Shown: in pieces, positions 9,014 to 18,397 of the stretch
Numbering within the stretch: position 1 is the stretch's first letter
Layout of the letters: each line of letters begins with the position of its first letter
Source of the DNA: Halovivax gelatinilyticus
GTDB taxonomy: Archaea > Halobacteriota > Halobacteria > Halobacteriales > Natrialbaceae
Assembly (NCBI RefSeq): GCF_024300625.1
Contig: NZ_CP101322.1
Span: forward strand, 43,992-75,991
Direction: 5' to 3'
DNA: 32,000 nt
Notes under the pieces: model-generated
Seen by the model: only the letters and a program-made list of their open reading frames with translations
Databases searched by the model: none
Told to the model about the DNA's origin: nothing
Position numbers and translations under genes: made by a program

Positions 9014-12000
9014 CAGTCCTCACCCCCGCTCTCGTCGGCTCCATCGCGAGTTGGAACGCCACACAAATCACGGAAGGAGCACCCCTCACAGCCACCATTA
9101 TTGACAAACTCCTCGCTTACTGCGTACGTCACGGTTTCGTTCTCGGGCGTCATCGAGTCGAGCAGTTCTTCGAGCTCTTCACGCCACATGTCGGTCCGTT
9201 TCTCGAAGATGGTGGATCCGTTCGTTCGGACGTATTGTTCGTGAGGAACGAGTTCGATGTCGTCACCCAGGAGAAAGCCCTGCCGGCCGTTCGGACCGCT
9301 GGCATAGCGGTCGAGGAGGAACGCACCACCAGCCTCATCGATGGCGCTTGCTCTCGCCCGCGTGTCGATGGAATGCTTCGTCGGGATGGAACACTGATCG
9401 AGCCGTTCGCACGACCAGCACACTCTCTCCGCTCGTTCTGGTCGGAGCGTTCCGGTCCAGCAGTGTTTAAGGGCCGCCCGAGCCCCGCCCTGTCTTCCGC
9501 TCTGAAAGACAGGCACTGGGTCGTCGATGTCGGAGATTGTGTCGACTCTATGTGGTGGGATTACGAGCTTGTGGTCACCGACCTCGACGCGCTGCTCTCC
9601 GCGCCAGGACCAGGACCGATCGATCCCGGACTCGAGTTCCTGAGTGACGGTCAGATATTCGCCGACGAGCGCCTGGAACACGGATTCGTCGAGTTCGTCA
9701 TCCTCCCCGAGCCACATCTCGAAGTCGGATCGGAGCGCGGCGACGTCGTCGTAAGCACCGAGATCCGCCTGTCTATTCGGCAAGTGCGTCGTCACAAGCT
9801 GCTCGACCGCTCTGCGGTACGACGGAGGCACGTAGTGGTTTCCCACCACCGCTGGCACCGTCGGATACAATTCGCGTGCGTAGGGCGACTCCTCTTCCGG
9901 CCAGTCATCCCTGTTAAGCTCGGGGCCGTCGCGAGCGACGAGGAACTGATAAAAGTAGTACTTTAGATCACACTGTCCCATCAGATCGACCTCGTGTGGT
10001 CGGATCGGCGCGCCGACGACATCCGCGAGGGACAGGTCGCCCTCGAACGCCGGCTCGTCGGCCGATACCGTGACCGTCGTCTTCGGGTGGCGGAATCGCT
10101 CGCGCCGCGGAGCGATCTGGGAACGGTAGACTGGACCGTCGGCGTTCGACAACAGGCGAATCGCATCGGTCTCCGATTCGATCGCTCCGTCGCTCGGGCG
10201 GAAAACGGCTCCGGTAGAGTCGCGTTCACAGTGGTACGAAAGAAGGCGAAGGCGATCTCTCATCGGTCCTGTATCGGTTACGTCCGCCCGGTCCCGATGG
10301 TGCGTCTCGGACGGGAGCCAGTGGCTCTGTCGCACACGTTCGTACCCGCGGTCAGCTTCGTCGAGGACGTCCGTTAGCGATGCCACGAACGGCGACCAAG
10401 AGACTCGGTCGCCGGACGAGTCACGGGCGTGCCGACTGATCGTAATCCCTTCCGTGGCCGTACGAACCGCTGCTTCGTAGTCGTCGAGTTCCCGCCGATA
10501 CATCGCCTCCCCGCCGGGGAGGTATAACGGCGATGCATCCGTGGGACCCTCTGACGCGTACTGCTGGACGGTCTGGGAGAGCGCGTCGTGAAGAAAGGTC
10601 GGCGTTGGATGTTGTGCCGGGAACTCACCAGCTCCGACGCCGAGTAAGTATGCGCGTTTCGCCGATAGGAAGTAGGTGTTCGCCGGAATGACGACTCGAA
10701 CGGCGTTACCATCGGCATTGGAAGTAGCGTATTGGCTGCGACCGACAACGTCTCCGAGCGCCTGAGCGGCGAGATCCCACCCTGGTTCGGCAAGATCGAG
10801 ATCACGAAGGTAATCGTAGTACGAACCGACGCCGGCAAGCTCGTCGGCGACGCGCTCGGCGAGGTGAGACGGGTGCTTTCGGATGACGTCCGTGCGCGTT
10901 GTATCGACGCCGGGACCGCCCGACCTGCGGACTGGAGCGTCAGCTACGTGAACGACGTGTTGTTGGCACAGCCCGTCCAGGAGTGTCGTCACCTCCTCGC
11001 CCTTAACAGGGGCGCTCTCAGCCCGTTCGAGTGCCCAGGAGAGGAAGTAAACAACTTGTCGCCAAACCTCGCTCTCACCTTCCCGTTCGAGAGCCGATTT
11101 TCGCCACTCATCGACGGTACGTCGCTCTAATCTGGCGCCGGTAGTTATGGCGTGGAGACGCTCCTCGAGTAGGAGGAACGAAGCGTCGTCGAGGGGCCAG
11201 TCGCCGGGTGCGTCCTCGAGCGGGCAGAATCCGAGCCTGAGCGGGTCGACAACGTCGTGGTACGATACCGCATCGCCTTTGGCCGCCGCTGCGATGAGAT
11301 CGACGGTCGCCTTTAAAAATCGGTACGCGACCACCTGCGCGAGCGGCCGGTCCGATTCGATGTGGTACGGCAGTCCGTACGTGGTGAATACGTCATCGAT
11401 GATCGCCTCGTACTCGCGCGTCTCCCGTGGGATGACGAGATGCTCACCGGGAGTCACCGAACCCTCGCGGACGTTCGAGGCGATATCCCGTGCGACGCGT
11501 TCGACCTCTCGACGTCGGTCTGGAGCGTCCAAAAAGCGAACTTCGTCAGGAATCCCGTCCGGACGCGAGCCTTCGACGGCGGCCTCTACGAGATTCTCCG
11601 CAAAGAAGGAAGTATTCGAGGACTCCAACGAGGCAATCCTTACGTCGATACCCGTACGTCGGAATCTATCCGCGAGTCGCTCCCGGGAGCCTACGCCGAA
11701 AAAGAAACGAAGTTCGGGTCCGTCCTCGAGGTCGTCGAGCTCGCGGAAGAATCTGAGCATCGTATTGTCAACCGATTTTATCGTTCCGACTGCAACCCAC
11801 TCGACGTCACCGAAATGCCGATTCCACTCCTCTTGGAGCACGTCTCGGGCCGCCCGCGTCAGATGCGATTCTGAAAGGAATACCTCTGGTGGGAGGGGAT
11901 CGGTTCTGTCACGGAGAACGGCGGTCAGCGCGGCAAGCCCGGCCAACGCTCGCTTATTTCGGTGACACGCAAAGGGATCATCCAACCGGGCCGTCGCTTC

Positions 12001-12444
12001 GGCAAGTCGTTCGTGATCGTTGCCGGCATCGGTCGCGCGCCAATATCGATCCAGCTCGGTTCCGAGCGTTTCGTATAGTTCATCATCCCACGTATCCCCG
12101 ATCGATCCAATTAACGCGCGGAGTGCCGTGGGAGCGTCCTCCGCTTGCGCGTCTTCGACGACGCTCCGGAGAAGGCGCTCGGCAACGCGTTGATTCAGGA
12201 TACGCGGATCGCCATTATATCGCTGATCGAGCAGGCTTCGCGAGACGCTCTGAAGCGTCTCGTATTCCGCGACCTGACTCGGTTGAACGCCGCGTTCGAT
12301 CAGTCCCTCTCGAAGGTTCCGCATTGAACGCGCCCCGACGAGCAAACAAAGACCGTTTCCGGAATCGCCAACTGACCGGGGCTGGTCTTCCGCCTTTTCC
12401 CTAAGATACTGAAGTAAAGACCCGGCAGAGACCAGTGTCGCCAT
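9010..12444 (-). CDS. AddB-like protein, partner of the downstream AddA-like gene
   Basis: 1144 aa with inactivated-helicase-like architecture; C-terminal GQCDLKYYFYQF...CEGCSFRDLC Fe-S/nuclease-like region; 4-nt GTGA overlap with the AddA-like ORF. Confidence 0.75.
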   Translation of the reverse strand: MATLVSAGSLLQYLREKAEDQPRSVGDSGNGLCLLVGARSMRNLREGLIERGVQPSQVAEYETLQSVSRSLLDQRYNGDPRILNQRVAERLLRSVVEDAQAEDAPTALRALIGSIGDTWDDELYETLGTELDRYWRATDAGNDHERLAEATARLDDPFACHRNKRALAGLAALTAVLRDRTDPLPPEVFLSESHLTRAARDVLQEEWNRHFGDVEWVAVGTIKSVDNTMLRFFRELDDLEDGPELRFFFGVGSRERLADRFRRTGIDVRIASLESSNTSFFAENLVEAAVEGSRPDGIPDEVRFLDAPDRRREVERVARDIASNVREGSVTPGEHLVIPRETREYEAIIDDVFTTYGLPYHIESDRPLAQVVAYRFLKATVDLIAAAAKGDAVSYHDVVDPLRLGFCPLEDAPGDWPLDDASFLLLEERLHAITTGARLERRTVDEWRKSALEREGESEVWRQVVYFLSWALERAESAPVKGEEVTTLLDGLCQQHVVHVADAPVRRSGGPGVDTTRTDVIRKHPSHLAERVADELAGVGSYYDYLRDLDLAEPGWDLAAQALGDVVGRSQYATSNADGNAVRVVIPANTYFLSAKRAYLLGVGAGEFPAQHPTPTFLHDALSQTVQQYASEGPTDASPLYLPGGEAMYRRELDDYEAAVRTATEGITISRHARDSSGDRVSWSPFVASLTDVLDEADRGYERVRQSHWLPSETHHRDRADVTDTGPMRDRLRLLSYHCERDSTGAVFRPSDGAIESETDAIRLLSNADGPVYRSQIAPRRERFRHPKTTVTVSADEPAFEGDLSLADVVGAPIRPHEVDLMGQCDLKYYFYQFLVARDGPELNRDDWPEEESPYARELYPTVPAVVGNHYVPPSYRRAVEQLVTTHLPNRQADLGAYDDVAALRSDFEMWLGEDDELDESVFQALVGEYLTVTQELESGIDRSWSWRGEQRVEVGDHKLVIPPHRVDTISDIDDPVPVFQSGRQGGARAALKHCWTGTLRPERAERVCWSCERLDQCSIPTKHSIDTRARASAIDEAGGAFLLDRYASGPNGRQGFLLGDDIELVPHEQYVRTNGSTIFEKRTDMWREELEELLDSMTPENETVTYAVSEEFVNNGGCEGCSFRDLCGVPTRDGADESGGEDW

Positions 12445-12535
12445 CGTGACAGTCGTGGAGGACCAGCAACATCAAAGTACCGTCGGCCTATTCCTTTATC
12501 CGGTTATTCTGGAACGGAATCGGACTATTACGACC

Positions 12536-14542
12536 TTATTGGGTGTCCACCGGACTGGTCGCACGGTCGTCCAGGTAGTCCAATAATTCTTGAATGTTGT
12601 CATTCCTGAAAAACTCGGTGAGCTGTAATGCCTGGGGAGATTCAGGAAATACCACTCCTTGACCGTATTCGTCAAACGCGTCCTCGATAACTCGCCTGTA
12701 CGTTTTGCTCGTCACGTAACCAATAATCTCGTCGAATTGATCGCCGTAGCGTTCGAGGTACTGTGAGACGCGACCGGTGACCAATTCGATCTGATCGGTG
12801 TCCTCTTTCGCGAGAACGTAATCATACTCCAATATTGGCTGTTCTCGCTCGAACTCTTCGGGCACGGGTCCGTACATTCCCGAAATTGTAACTTTATGTA
12901 CGGCTTCGCTCAGAGACCCAAGTTTATCGAACAAGATTGAATGAGTCCGCGAACGCGAGTAGGGCTTTTGCTGGCTGCACGGGACAAATAGAAGGATGTC
13001 TTTCTCCCTAGGAGGCTCGTACGATTGGGTGCTAACGTTGAAATCGTTCGGACTATGTTTGAGCGAGATTTGACGCGTGCCAACGGATTCGTCGATTCCG
13101 GCACCCCACTTGGAGAGCTTCGACTGATCGCTCGCCAACGTTGAACCTGGGAGGAGATCGTACGCGCCACGGGACTCGAGTACGTTTTTAAGTCGTTTGT
13201 TTCGAAGTTGAGCCTGCTTGAGCCCGCGCTTGATGTCATCGTGTTCTCTTGCAAACTCAACAACGTACTCTAGCAGTCGTCCCTCTCGAATAGCCCCGCG
13301 GACGCGTCCGAGTTCCTCATTGTACACTTCGAAGTTGTGCCGAGCAAGGAGCGCATAGTAATCACTTTTGATATTTTTCCCGTTCTCTTTTCTACGCTGT
13401 CGTTGCTCGTAGCTCAGATCGGTGTTGAGTTCTTTGACCAACCGGTCATAACTCACACCCCCATCTGAACACAGGAGACAATTCGGGAGATCGCACGGAT
13501 AACTTCTGTCCGGTCCTAGGTACTGATCTAGATCAGATAGTTTATGAGTCGTCCATGTCTCAGGATGGAGATACTTTTTATACTGTGCAGTATGCATGTG
13601 GGTTGAACAGTCAAACGTATCGACACCAAGAAGGGAGAGCAGGCCAACCTGTTTTCCACCCACACCGAAAACGTGGAGGCCGATTTCGTCCGAACGGGCT
13701 TCCGGAATAGCGTCTTTTGCTCCCTGAACGATATCCACCAATACATCGATACTATCTCGAAGCGGAACGAGCGATCCTACGGCAAATCCTTGGAACGAAC
13801 TGTCGATATCGAGTTTGTCGACACGATCGAGAAAGTTCCCAACGTACCAATTGACCGTTTCGTAATCGTGTCCGTGAAGCGCGACATATACGCTCGGCTC
13901 GTCACCAGCCGCCTGCCGCTCTCGCAAGTGATCCGCTGCGCGGCTGTTGATCGGGAACTCATCGTCGAGGAGATTTGGTTTATCGAGAAGGCGGAGACAT
14001 TCCACTGCGCTATCTATACTCCGATTCATCCGCTCAACTTTCTCTTCTTCTTTAAGATTCGGTGGAATTGGATAATCGAGGGTCGCAACTATGTCGGCCC
14101 CAAAGTCGAGCTGTAGACCGAGTATGCTTTTTGGGTCCGTGTAAAGTCCCCACTCGTTTGGGACACCGCCCTTCTCTGGAGCCTCGCCAAATGTGTTGGA
14201 ATTCATCAGCTTGAAACCGCCAGAATCGATGAAGATGGGGGCGTCGAGACGGTTGAAGCGCTCGTGAAATGTCTTTGGTCTCCAAAAGTCATTCAGATTG
14301 TTCGGAGATACGCCGTAGTCGGTGAAGCTCATCGCCTGAAACATTATCCCTTGAAGATGCTCCTTGTCGATGAGCTTATCCCGCATTCGACGCCAGACAC
14401 CGCCGGACTTCTCAGTAGTACCGCCGATAAGATTGACGACCGGGAACAATGCAGGCGTCTCTACGGGGCCGTGCGTCACATCTAATTCCCCTAGGCGGCC
14501 AAAACCGTCATCACCCACCGTCTTCACCCGAAAGGACGCCAT
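12536..14542 (-). CDS. TGT/DpdA-like transglycosylase fused to an ArcS-type DUF5591-like domain (DpdA-like candidate)
   Basis: IFIDSGGFKLMN, IVATLDYPIPPN, FAVGSLVP and GVDTFDCSTHM give the TGT active-site Asp positions. Zn-site-like CDLPNCLLC...RHNF. C-terminal PCSQQKPYSRSRTH fits PC-x3-KPY-x2-S-x2-H. No apparent PUA domain. Confidence 0.87.
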   Translation of the reverse strand: MASFRVKTVGDDGFGRLGELDVTHGPVETPALFPVVNLIGGTTEKSGGVWRRMRDKLIDKEHLQGIMFQAMSFTDYGVSPNNLNDFWRPKTFHERFNRLDAPIFIDSGGFKLMNSNTFGEAPEKGGVPNEWGLYTDPKSILGLQLDFGADIVATLDYPIPPNLKEEEKVERMNRSIDSAVECLRLLDKPNLLDDEFPINSRAADHLRERQAAGDEPSVYVALHGHDYETVNWYVGNFLDRVDKLDIDSSFQGFAVGSLVPLRDSIDVLVDIVQGAKDAIPEARSDEIGLHVFGVGGKQVGLLSLLGVDTFDCSTHMHTAQYKKYLHPETWTTHKLSDLDQYLGPDRSYPCDLPNCLLCSDGGVSYDRLVKELNTDLSYEQRQRRKENGKNIKSDYYALLARHNFEVYNEELGRVRGAIREGRLLEYVVEFAREHDDIKRGLKQAQLRNKRLKNVLESRGAYDLLPGSTLASDQSKLSKWGAGIDESVGTRQISLKHSPNDFNVSTQSYEPPREKDILLFVPCSQQKPYSRSRTHSILFDKLGSLSEAVHKVTISGMYGPVPEEFEREQPILEYDYVLAKEDTDQIELVTGRVSQYLERYGDQFDEIIGYVTSKTYRRVIEDAFDEYGQGVVFPESPQALQLTEFFRNDNIQELLDYLDDRATSPVDTQ

Positions 14543-14607
14543 TGAATCAACAAAGGATACAGAATCGTTCCAGATAGACTCTTCGTTATCGCCGCTTCGA
14601 AATACGG

Positions 14608-15102
14608 CTAATCAGGATCCGTCACCGATTGGATTTGATCTGATATCTGGACAGTTGTGTACTCTGCGGCCTCAGTCCAGGAACTCTGCCATTCGTTTCC
14701 TTGTTTCGGCGGCTCCAGCGGAAATTCTACTGGATGATACGAGAGGTCGTCAATAGCCCCCGCTGCGATGGCTCCGACGAACTCCGCATTTTTCCGTTTC
14801 GATGAAACACCACCGCTAGCCAAGTCATAATAATTTGTGAATATTTGTGCGACGAGTACGATATCTACGTCAGTTCTTTCGTTGGTAAGATGACGGAAAA
14901 TCTTCGCAGAATTGTCGGCAGGATCAGCTCGCCTCCACTCCAATTCCAAGAGCACGAGCAGTTTGTCGTTTTCTCCACCGATGTCTACCGGTGTTCCGGC
15001 TAGATCATATTCAGTCTGCCATGACAAGCTAGTATTCGATTCACTGAGTCGGTTGTATATGTACGTCTGTACCTTCGAAGCAAATTCACCCATGTCGATC
15101 AA
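14608..15102 (-). CDS. Small protein with possible PD-(D/E)XK nuclease-like core
   Basis: TEYDLAGTPVDIGGENDKLLVLLELEWRRADPADNSAKI resembles D...ExE with a following Asn/Lys helix. It is coupled to the upstream GHKL ATPase. Start is TTG 15102 (4-nt overlap) or ATG 15093. Confidence 0.5.
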   Translation of the reverse strand: MIDMGEFASKVQTYIYNRLSESNTSLSWQTEYDLAGTPVDIGGENDKLLVLLELEWRRADPADNSAKIFRHLTNERTDVDIVLVAQIFTNYYDLASGGVSSKRKNAEFVGAIAAGAIDDLSYHPVEFPLEPPKQGNEWQSSWTEAAEYTTVQISDQIQSVTDPD

Positions 15103-16664
15103 TCGTCGGCGACGGCTCGCGGTGACATTGGTTCAATGTGGTGGCTGAGTGGCAATATCTCGACATAGGTAGGGTTCTCATCCCCGTAAAGTAGGCCGTT
15201 TTCCTCTAGATCAATCTCGATGTCTTCGCCGAGATACCCTTGCCGTTCGTATTCTCGTAACACCACCGGGTCCCCGTGATCCCAGCAAATTATGAGATCT
15301 ACTTCCTCGAACGTCAGCTCCTCATTGAAGTGATTTGTCAATGAACAGTGAACAGCCGCATTGCGAAGTTTCCCGTTCTGACGTGCAATCGCGTGTACGT
15401 CCGAATCCGGCTCGTAATCTTCGACAGAAATCTGTCCTGGTAAGGTATTCTCGTTCTCCCGTGCGAGCGTGAGTAGGACCTCAGTTCGATTCGATGGCTC
15501 ACCGGAGTCCCCCGATTCCACGCGCTCTCGTCGGAGCTTGAGTGAGGCACGGCGGTTCCGAGCTCGGCGTTTAATCTCCGCTTCTCGTCGGATTTCAAGA
15601 TATTCTTTGAACCACGGATCTTGTGCCACTTTCGATAGATGAAATTCGGTCGCTTCTTTGAGCGCCTGGAACACAGGGCTCGATTTATTTCGAATCGTTT
15701 CACGATTGGCTGATAATTCGATATCTTGGCAGTTCACAACAAAGAAGAAGTGAAGGAATTCATTGTCATGAGAGATTGCCTCGTTCAGCCGTTCAACCTT
15801 GATGTGATCCTTTGCAAGCCAGACACCGAACTGTGCGGAATGCTTTCCATAGGTAGGAAGCTCGTTTCGAGCGGCTTTCCCACCGACCATTCCAGTGATG
15901 TGGAGCGTCGTCGTGCCACCATCGTAATCGGCTTCGACCTCTGTCGGTCCGTAGTGTTTACACATTCGCTCGGCAGGGAAATCTGACGAGTAATCGGGCT
16001 CAAGTTGTTCGTTCGGGAACTCAAGTCGGTTCTTCGTCTCAACTTCCGGATATGAATCGTCTATTTCGTCACCAAGACGAACAGTGATGTCCATTTCGTG
16101 CTGATCGTCCTCGAACATGTGTGCCGTCGAGCCGGCGATAGTTTTCCACTTTAGATAATGTTCGATCTTATTATAAGTGAGTGATTCCGGATCGAATCCC
16201 TGACCGGATCGGAAATTGTGGATTCTGATCCTCGTTCCCTTGTGAAGATTGCTTACAGGTGTTTCAGTGACTTCGTACTCAGGAAGTACCCGGTTGTTAA
16301 GTTTTTTCCAAGGGTCACTCATCACCGCCCGGAGGTTGGTGCCATCATGGACGGTATTGACGACGATCTCATCGCTTTTGTAGAATATTTTCGTCCCATG
16401 ACCTTTGTACCCTATCGAATCCGTCTTGCGCGAATTCCCCAAATCGAAAAAGGATTCGAGGTCACGGAGGTCCATGCCGTCTCCATCGTCATCGATGATG
16501 ATGTCAGAGCCCATCTCTCGACTTTTAATCTCGATTTCAATATTTGAAGCATTTGCATCGTACGAGTTCGATAGCGATTCCCGGATTACCTCAAGCGGGT
16601 CCTCGAAGTCGCTCGCAATTTCGAGGAACTCGTTCACTTCGTTGACCTTTGGAGCTTTTTTCAT
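15099..16664 (-). CDS. GHKL (HSP90/MutL/MORC-like) ATPase domain protein
   Basis: N-box VIRESLSNSYDANA, IIIDDDGDGMDLRDL (DxGxG), SIGYKGHGTKIFYKSD, and GTRIRIHNF. 4-nt ATGA overlap with the preceding TGT-like gene. Confidence 0.88.
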   Translation of the reverse strand: MKKAPKVNEVNEFLEIASDFEDPLEVIRESLSNSYDANASNIEIEIKSREMGSDIIIDDDGDGMDLRDLESFFDLGNSRKTDSIGYKGHGTKIFYKSDEIVVNTVHDGTNLRAVMSDPWKKLNNRVLPEYEVTETPVSNLHKGTRIRIHNFRSGQGFDPESLTYNKIEHYLKWKTIAGSTAHMFEDDQHEMDITVRLGDEIDDSYPEVETKNRLEFPNEQLEPDYSSDFPAERMCKHYGPTEVEADYDGGTTTLHITGMVGGKAARNELPTYGKHSAQFGVWLAKDHIKVERLNEAISHDNEFLHFFFVVNCQDIELSANRETIRNKSSPVFQALKEATEFHLSKVAQDPWFKEYLEIRREAEIKRRARNRRASLKLRRERVESGDSGEPSNRTEVLLTLARENENTLPGQISVEDYEPDSDVHAIARQNGKLRNAAVHCSLTNHFNEELTFEEVDLIICWDHGDPVVLREYERQGYLGEDIEIDLEENGLLYGDENPTYVEILPLSHHIEPMSPRAVADD

Positions 16665-17908
16665 TGGAAGTACCCCCCGAGCGAGTGGTTAACTACTCGA
16701 TGAGCAGACTCTCGAGTTGGTTTATCTTGTGCAACAGTGCCTTCGATATACTCGACCAACGATGACGAATCACCTGATTTGACCCGTTGGCGAACCTCTT
16801 CGATCTCTCGTTTTTGAATGATTAAGTTGTGCATAGCTACCGGCCCCAACATGTCTTTTTTATATGGAGCATTTCCACGCATCCACCTTCGCATGTGCTG
16901 AGACGAGCATACTGGGCAATCACACTCGTCAAAATTCGCTTCATTAACGTTCACCGTCTCCATAAGTGATAGGAAATATCCACCGTTGATCGCATTTTGC
17001 AAGTACGTCGATGAATCGAAGGTGTCTACGCCAAGCGCAACAAGTAATGGGACGGCTCTGCTGGAAATTCCGAGAACGTGCAACGGTAATTTGTCGAAAC
17101 CCCAATCGTGTAGCACTTCGTGGCAATCGATTACAGCGTCGATTAGGGCCGACCGATTGTCCTTCATTGGTACGAGACTACCAAGGGCAATTCCGTCGAA
17201 AGACGACCGAAGCTTTTCCGCGCTCACATAGTCAGTTATCTCGGTGAGGAAAGCGTCCATCATCGAGTAGTTATATCCGTGTAAAGTGAGGTACCGGGCC
17301 CCGGTATACTCGTCAGACAGGTCAAGAAATATCTCGATGTTTTTTCCCGTTTTTCGGGCTTTTTCGAGCCGTTCCTCGTGAGTATCGGACGGCGTTATCG
17401 GGTGGTCGAGATTGACGATGATATCACCACCCATTCGTTTCTGTATCTCGAATACTTTCGCTTGATCGATATCCTCTTGGAAGTCGCTTCCATCCAGGCT
17501 TTCATTATTTAAGAATTTGAATCCACCAGAGTCTAGGAAGATAACTCCGTTAAAAGGTGAAAACACCTCTCGTTCTTTTATCGGTTCATAGACATAGTCG
17601 GCATATCGTTCTTTTGAGACGTTGTAGTCGGTGAGGGACGAAACGGAGGTCATGACCGCATCAAAGAATTTCGCGTATGCATCATCCCCCCCAATTCGGT
17701 CAGCTCCGATCATAAACTCCTTGACCGTTCGATGGATACCCCCGCCGTAAACACTATTCTCGGTACCGCCACCGTAAAAATTTACGACCGGGAATAGGTT
17801 TGGTGTTTCAATTACCGAGTCACCAATTGTCAGCTTACCAGCACGGGCGTCTCCCACCGTCTCCGAAACCTCAAAATTTGCCGAATAACTTGTCTTTGAA
17901 TATGACAT
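16661..17908 (-). CDS. Short TGT/DpdA-like transglycosylase (second paralog)
   Basis: VIFLDSGGFKFLN, IIVNLDHPITP, IALGSLVPM, GVDTFDSSTYL. Zn motif CDCPVC-x25-H matches the CxCx2Cx25H pattern. Confidence 0.87.
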   Translation of the reverse strand: MSYSKTSYSANFEVSETVGDARAGKLTIGDSVIETPNLFPVVNFYGGGTENSVYGGGIHRTVKEFMIGADRIGGDDAYAKFFDAVMTSVSSLTDYNVSKERYADYVYEPIKEREVFSPFNGVIFLDSGGFKFLNNESLDGSDFQEDIDQAKVFEIQKRMGGDIIVNLDHPITPSDTHEERLEKARKTGKNIEIFLDLSDEYTGARYLTLHGYNYSMMDAFLTEITDYVSAEKLRSSFDGIALGSLVPMKDNRSALIDAVIDCHEVLHDWGFDKLPLHVLGISSRAVPLLVALGVDTFDSSTYLQNAINGGYFLSLMETVNVNEANFDECDCPVCSSQHMRRWMRGNAPYKKDMLGPVAMHNLIIQKREIEEVRQRVKSGDSSSLVEYIEGTVAQDKPTRESAHRVVNHSLGGYFQ

Positions 17909-18369
17909 TAGTTAACCTTCCTAATACCCGACTCTTCGCCTTGAAGGAACTGTTTGAGCGAGCGCCCCTTCAAACCGATACCATCTCCCTGTACCAGGTA
18001 TGTCTCAACATCTAGTCCTTCATCAAATCCGTCAATGGCCCTTCGATACTCTTTACCAGCGTTAATGACAACTCGTTTATATTGTTTCTCGGTGACCCGA
18101 TTTTTCAGCTCATTCCTTACTTTTGGTCCGAGCTCTTTTGCCCTGTGAGAGTCCATTCTTCGGTCATACGGAGAGATTGGTTCTTCAGGATCGATGATAC
18201 CGTGTTTCGCAGATAGAATACATAAGTCACAATCAGAATATCCGCCTCCCTCTCCCATCGATTTTTTGATAATTTTGAAGAAGTATCCAGAATACAGTTC
18301 GAGGGCAGAGACGGGTTTATCCGGCTCGATTTTGGACTTCGAGCAAGATTGAACGAGCAGCGTCGACAT
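17908..18369 (-). CDS. DUF6884-like standalone protein, probable partner of the short TGT-like protein
   Basis: LLVQSCSKSKIEP, LCILSAKHGIIDPEEPISPYDRRM. TAATG stop/start overlap with the downstream TGT-like gene. Confidence 0.72.
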   Translation of the reverse strand: MSTLLVQSCSKSKIEPDKPVSALELYSGYFFKIIKKSMGEGGGYSDCDLCILSAKHGIIDPEEPISPYDRRMDSHRAKELGPKVRNELKNRVTEKQYKRVVINAGKEYRRAIDGFDEGLDVETYLVQGDGIGLKGRSLKQFLQGEESGIRKVN

Positions 18370-18397
18370 GGGTTGGACACTGATCGTTGTTCCAGTG

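Noticed and set aside
5648-12404. Numerous plus-strand ORFs of 60-260 aa (e.g. 7253-8032, 11147-11965, 9235-9966)
   Set aside because: They lie antisense to the well-supported AddA/AddB-like genes, are rich in Arg/Ser/Pro, and carry no family motifs, as expected for GC-driven shadow ORFs.
12536-17908. Both TGT-like genes as ordinary archaeal tRNA-guanine transglycosylase (TgtA)
   Set aside because: Neither ends in an apparent PUA domain, they are duplicated in an operon with ATPase and nuclease-like genes, and a private preQ0 pathway is attached. A tRNA role cannot be fully excluded without experiment.
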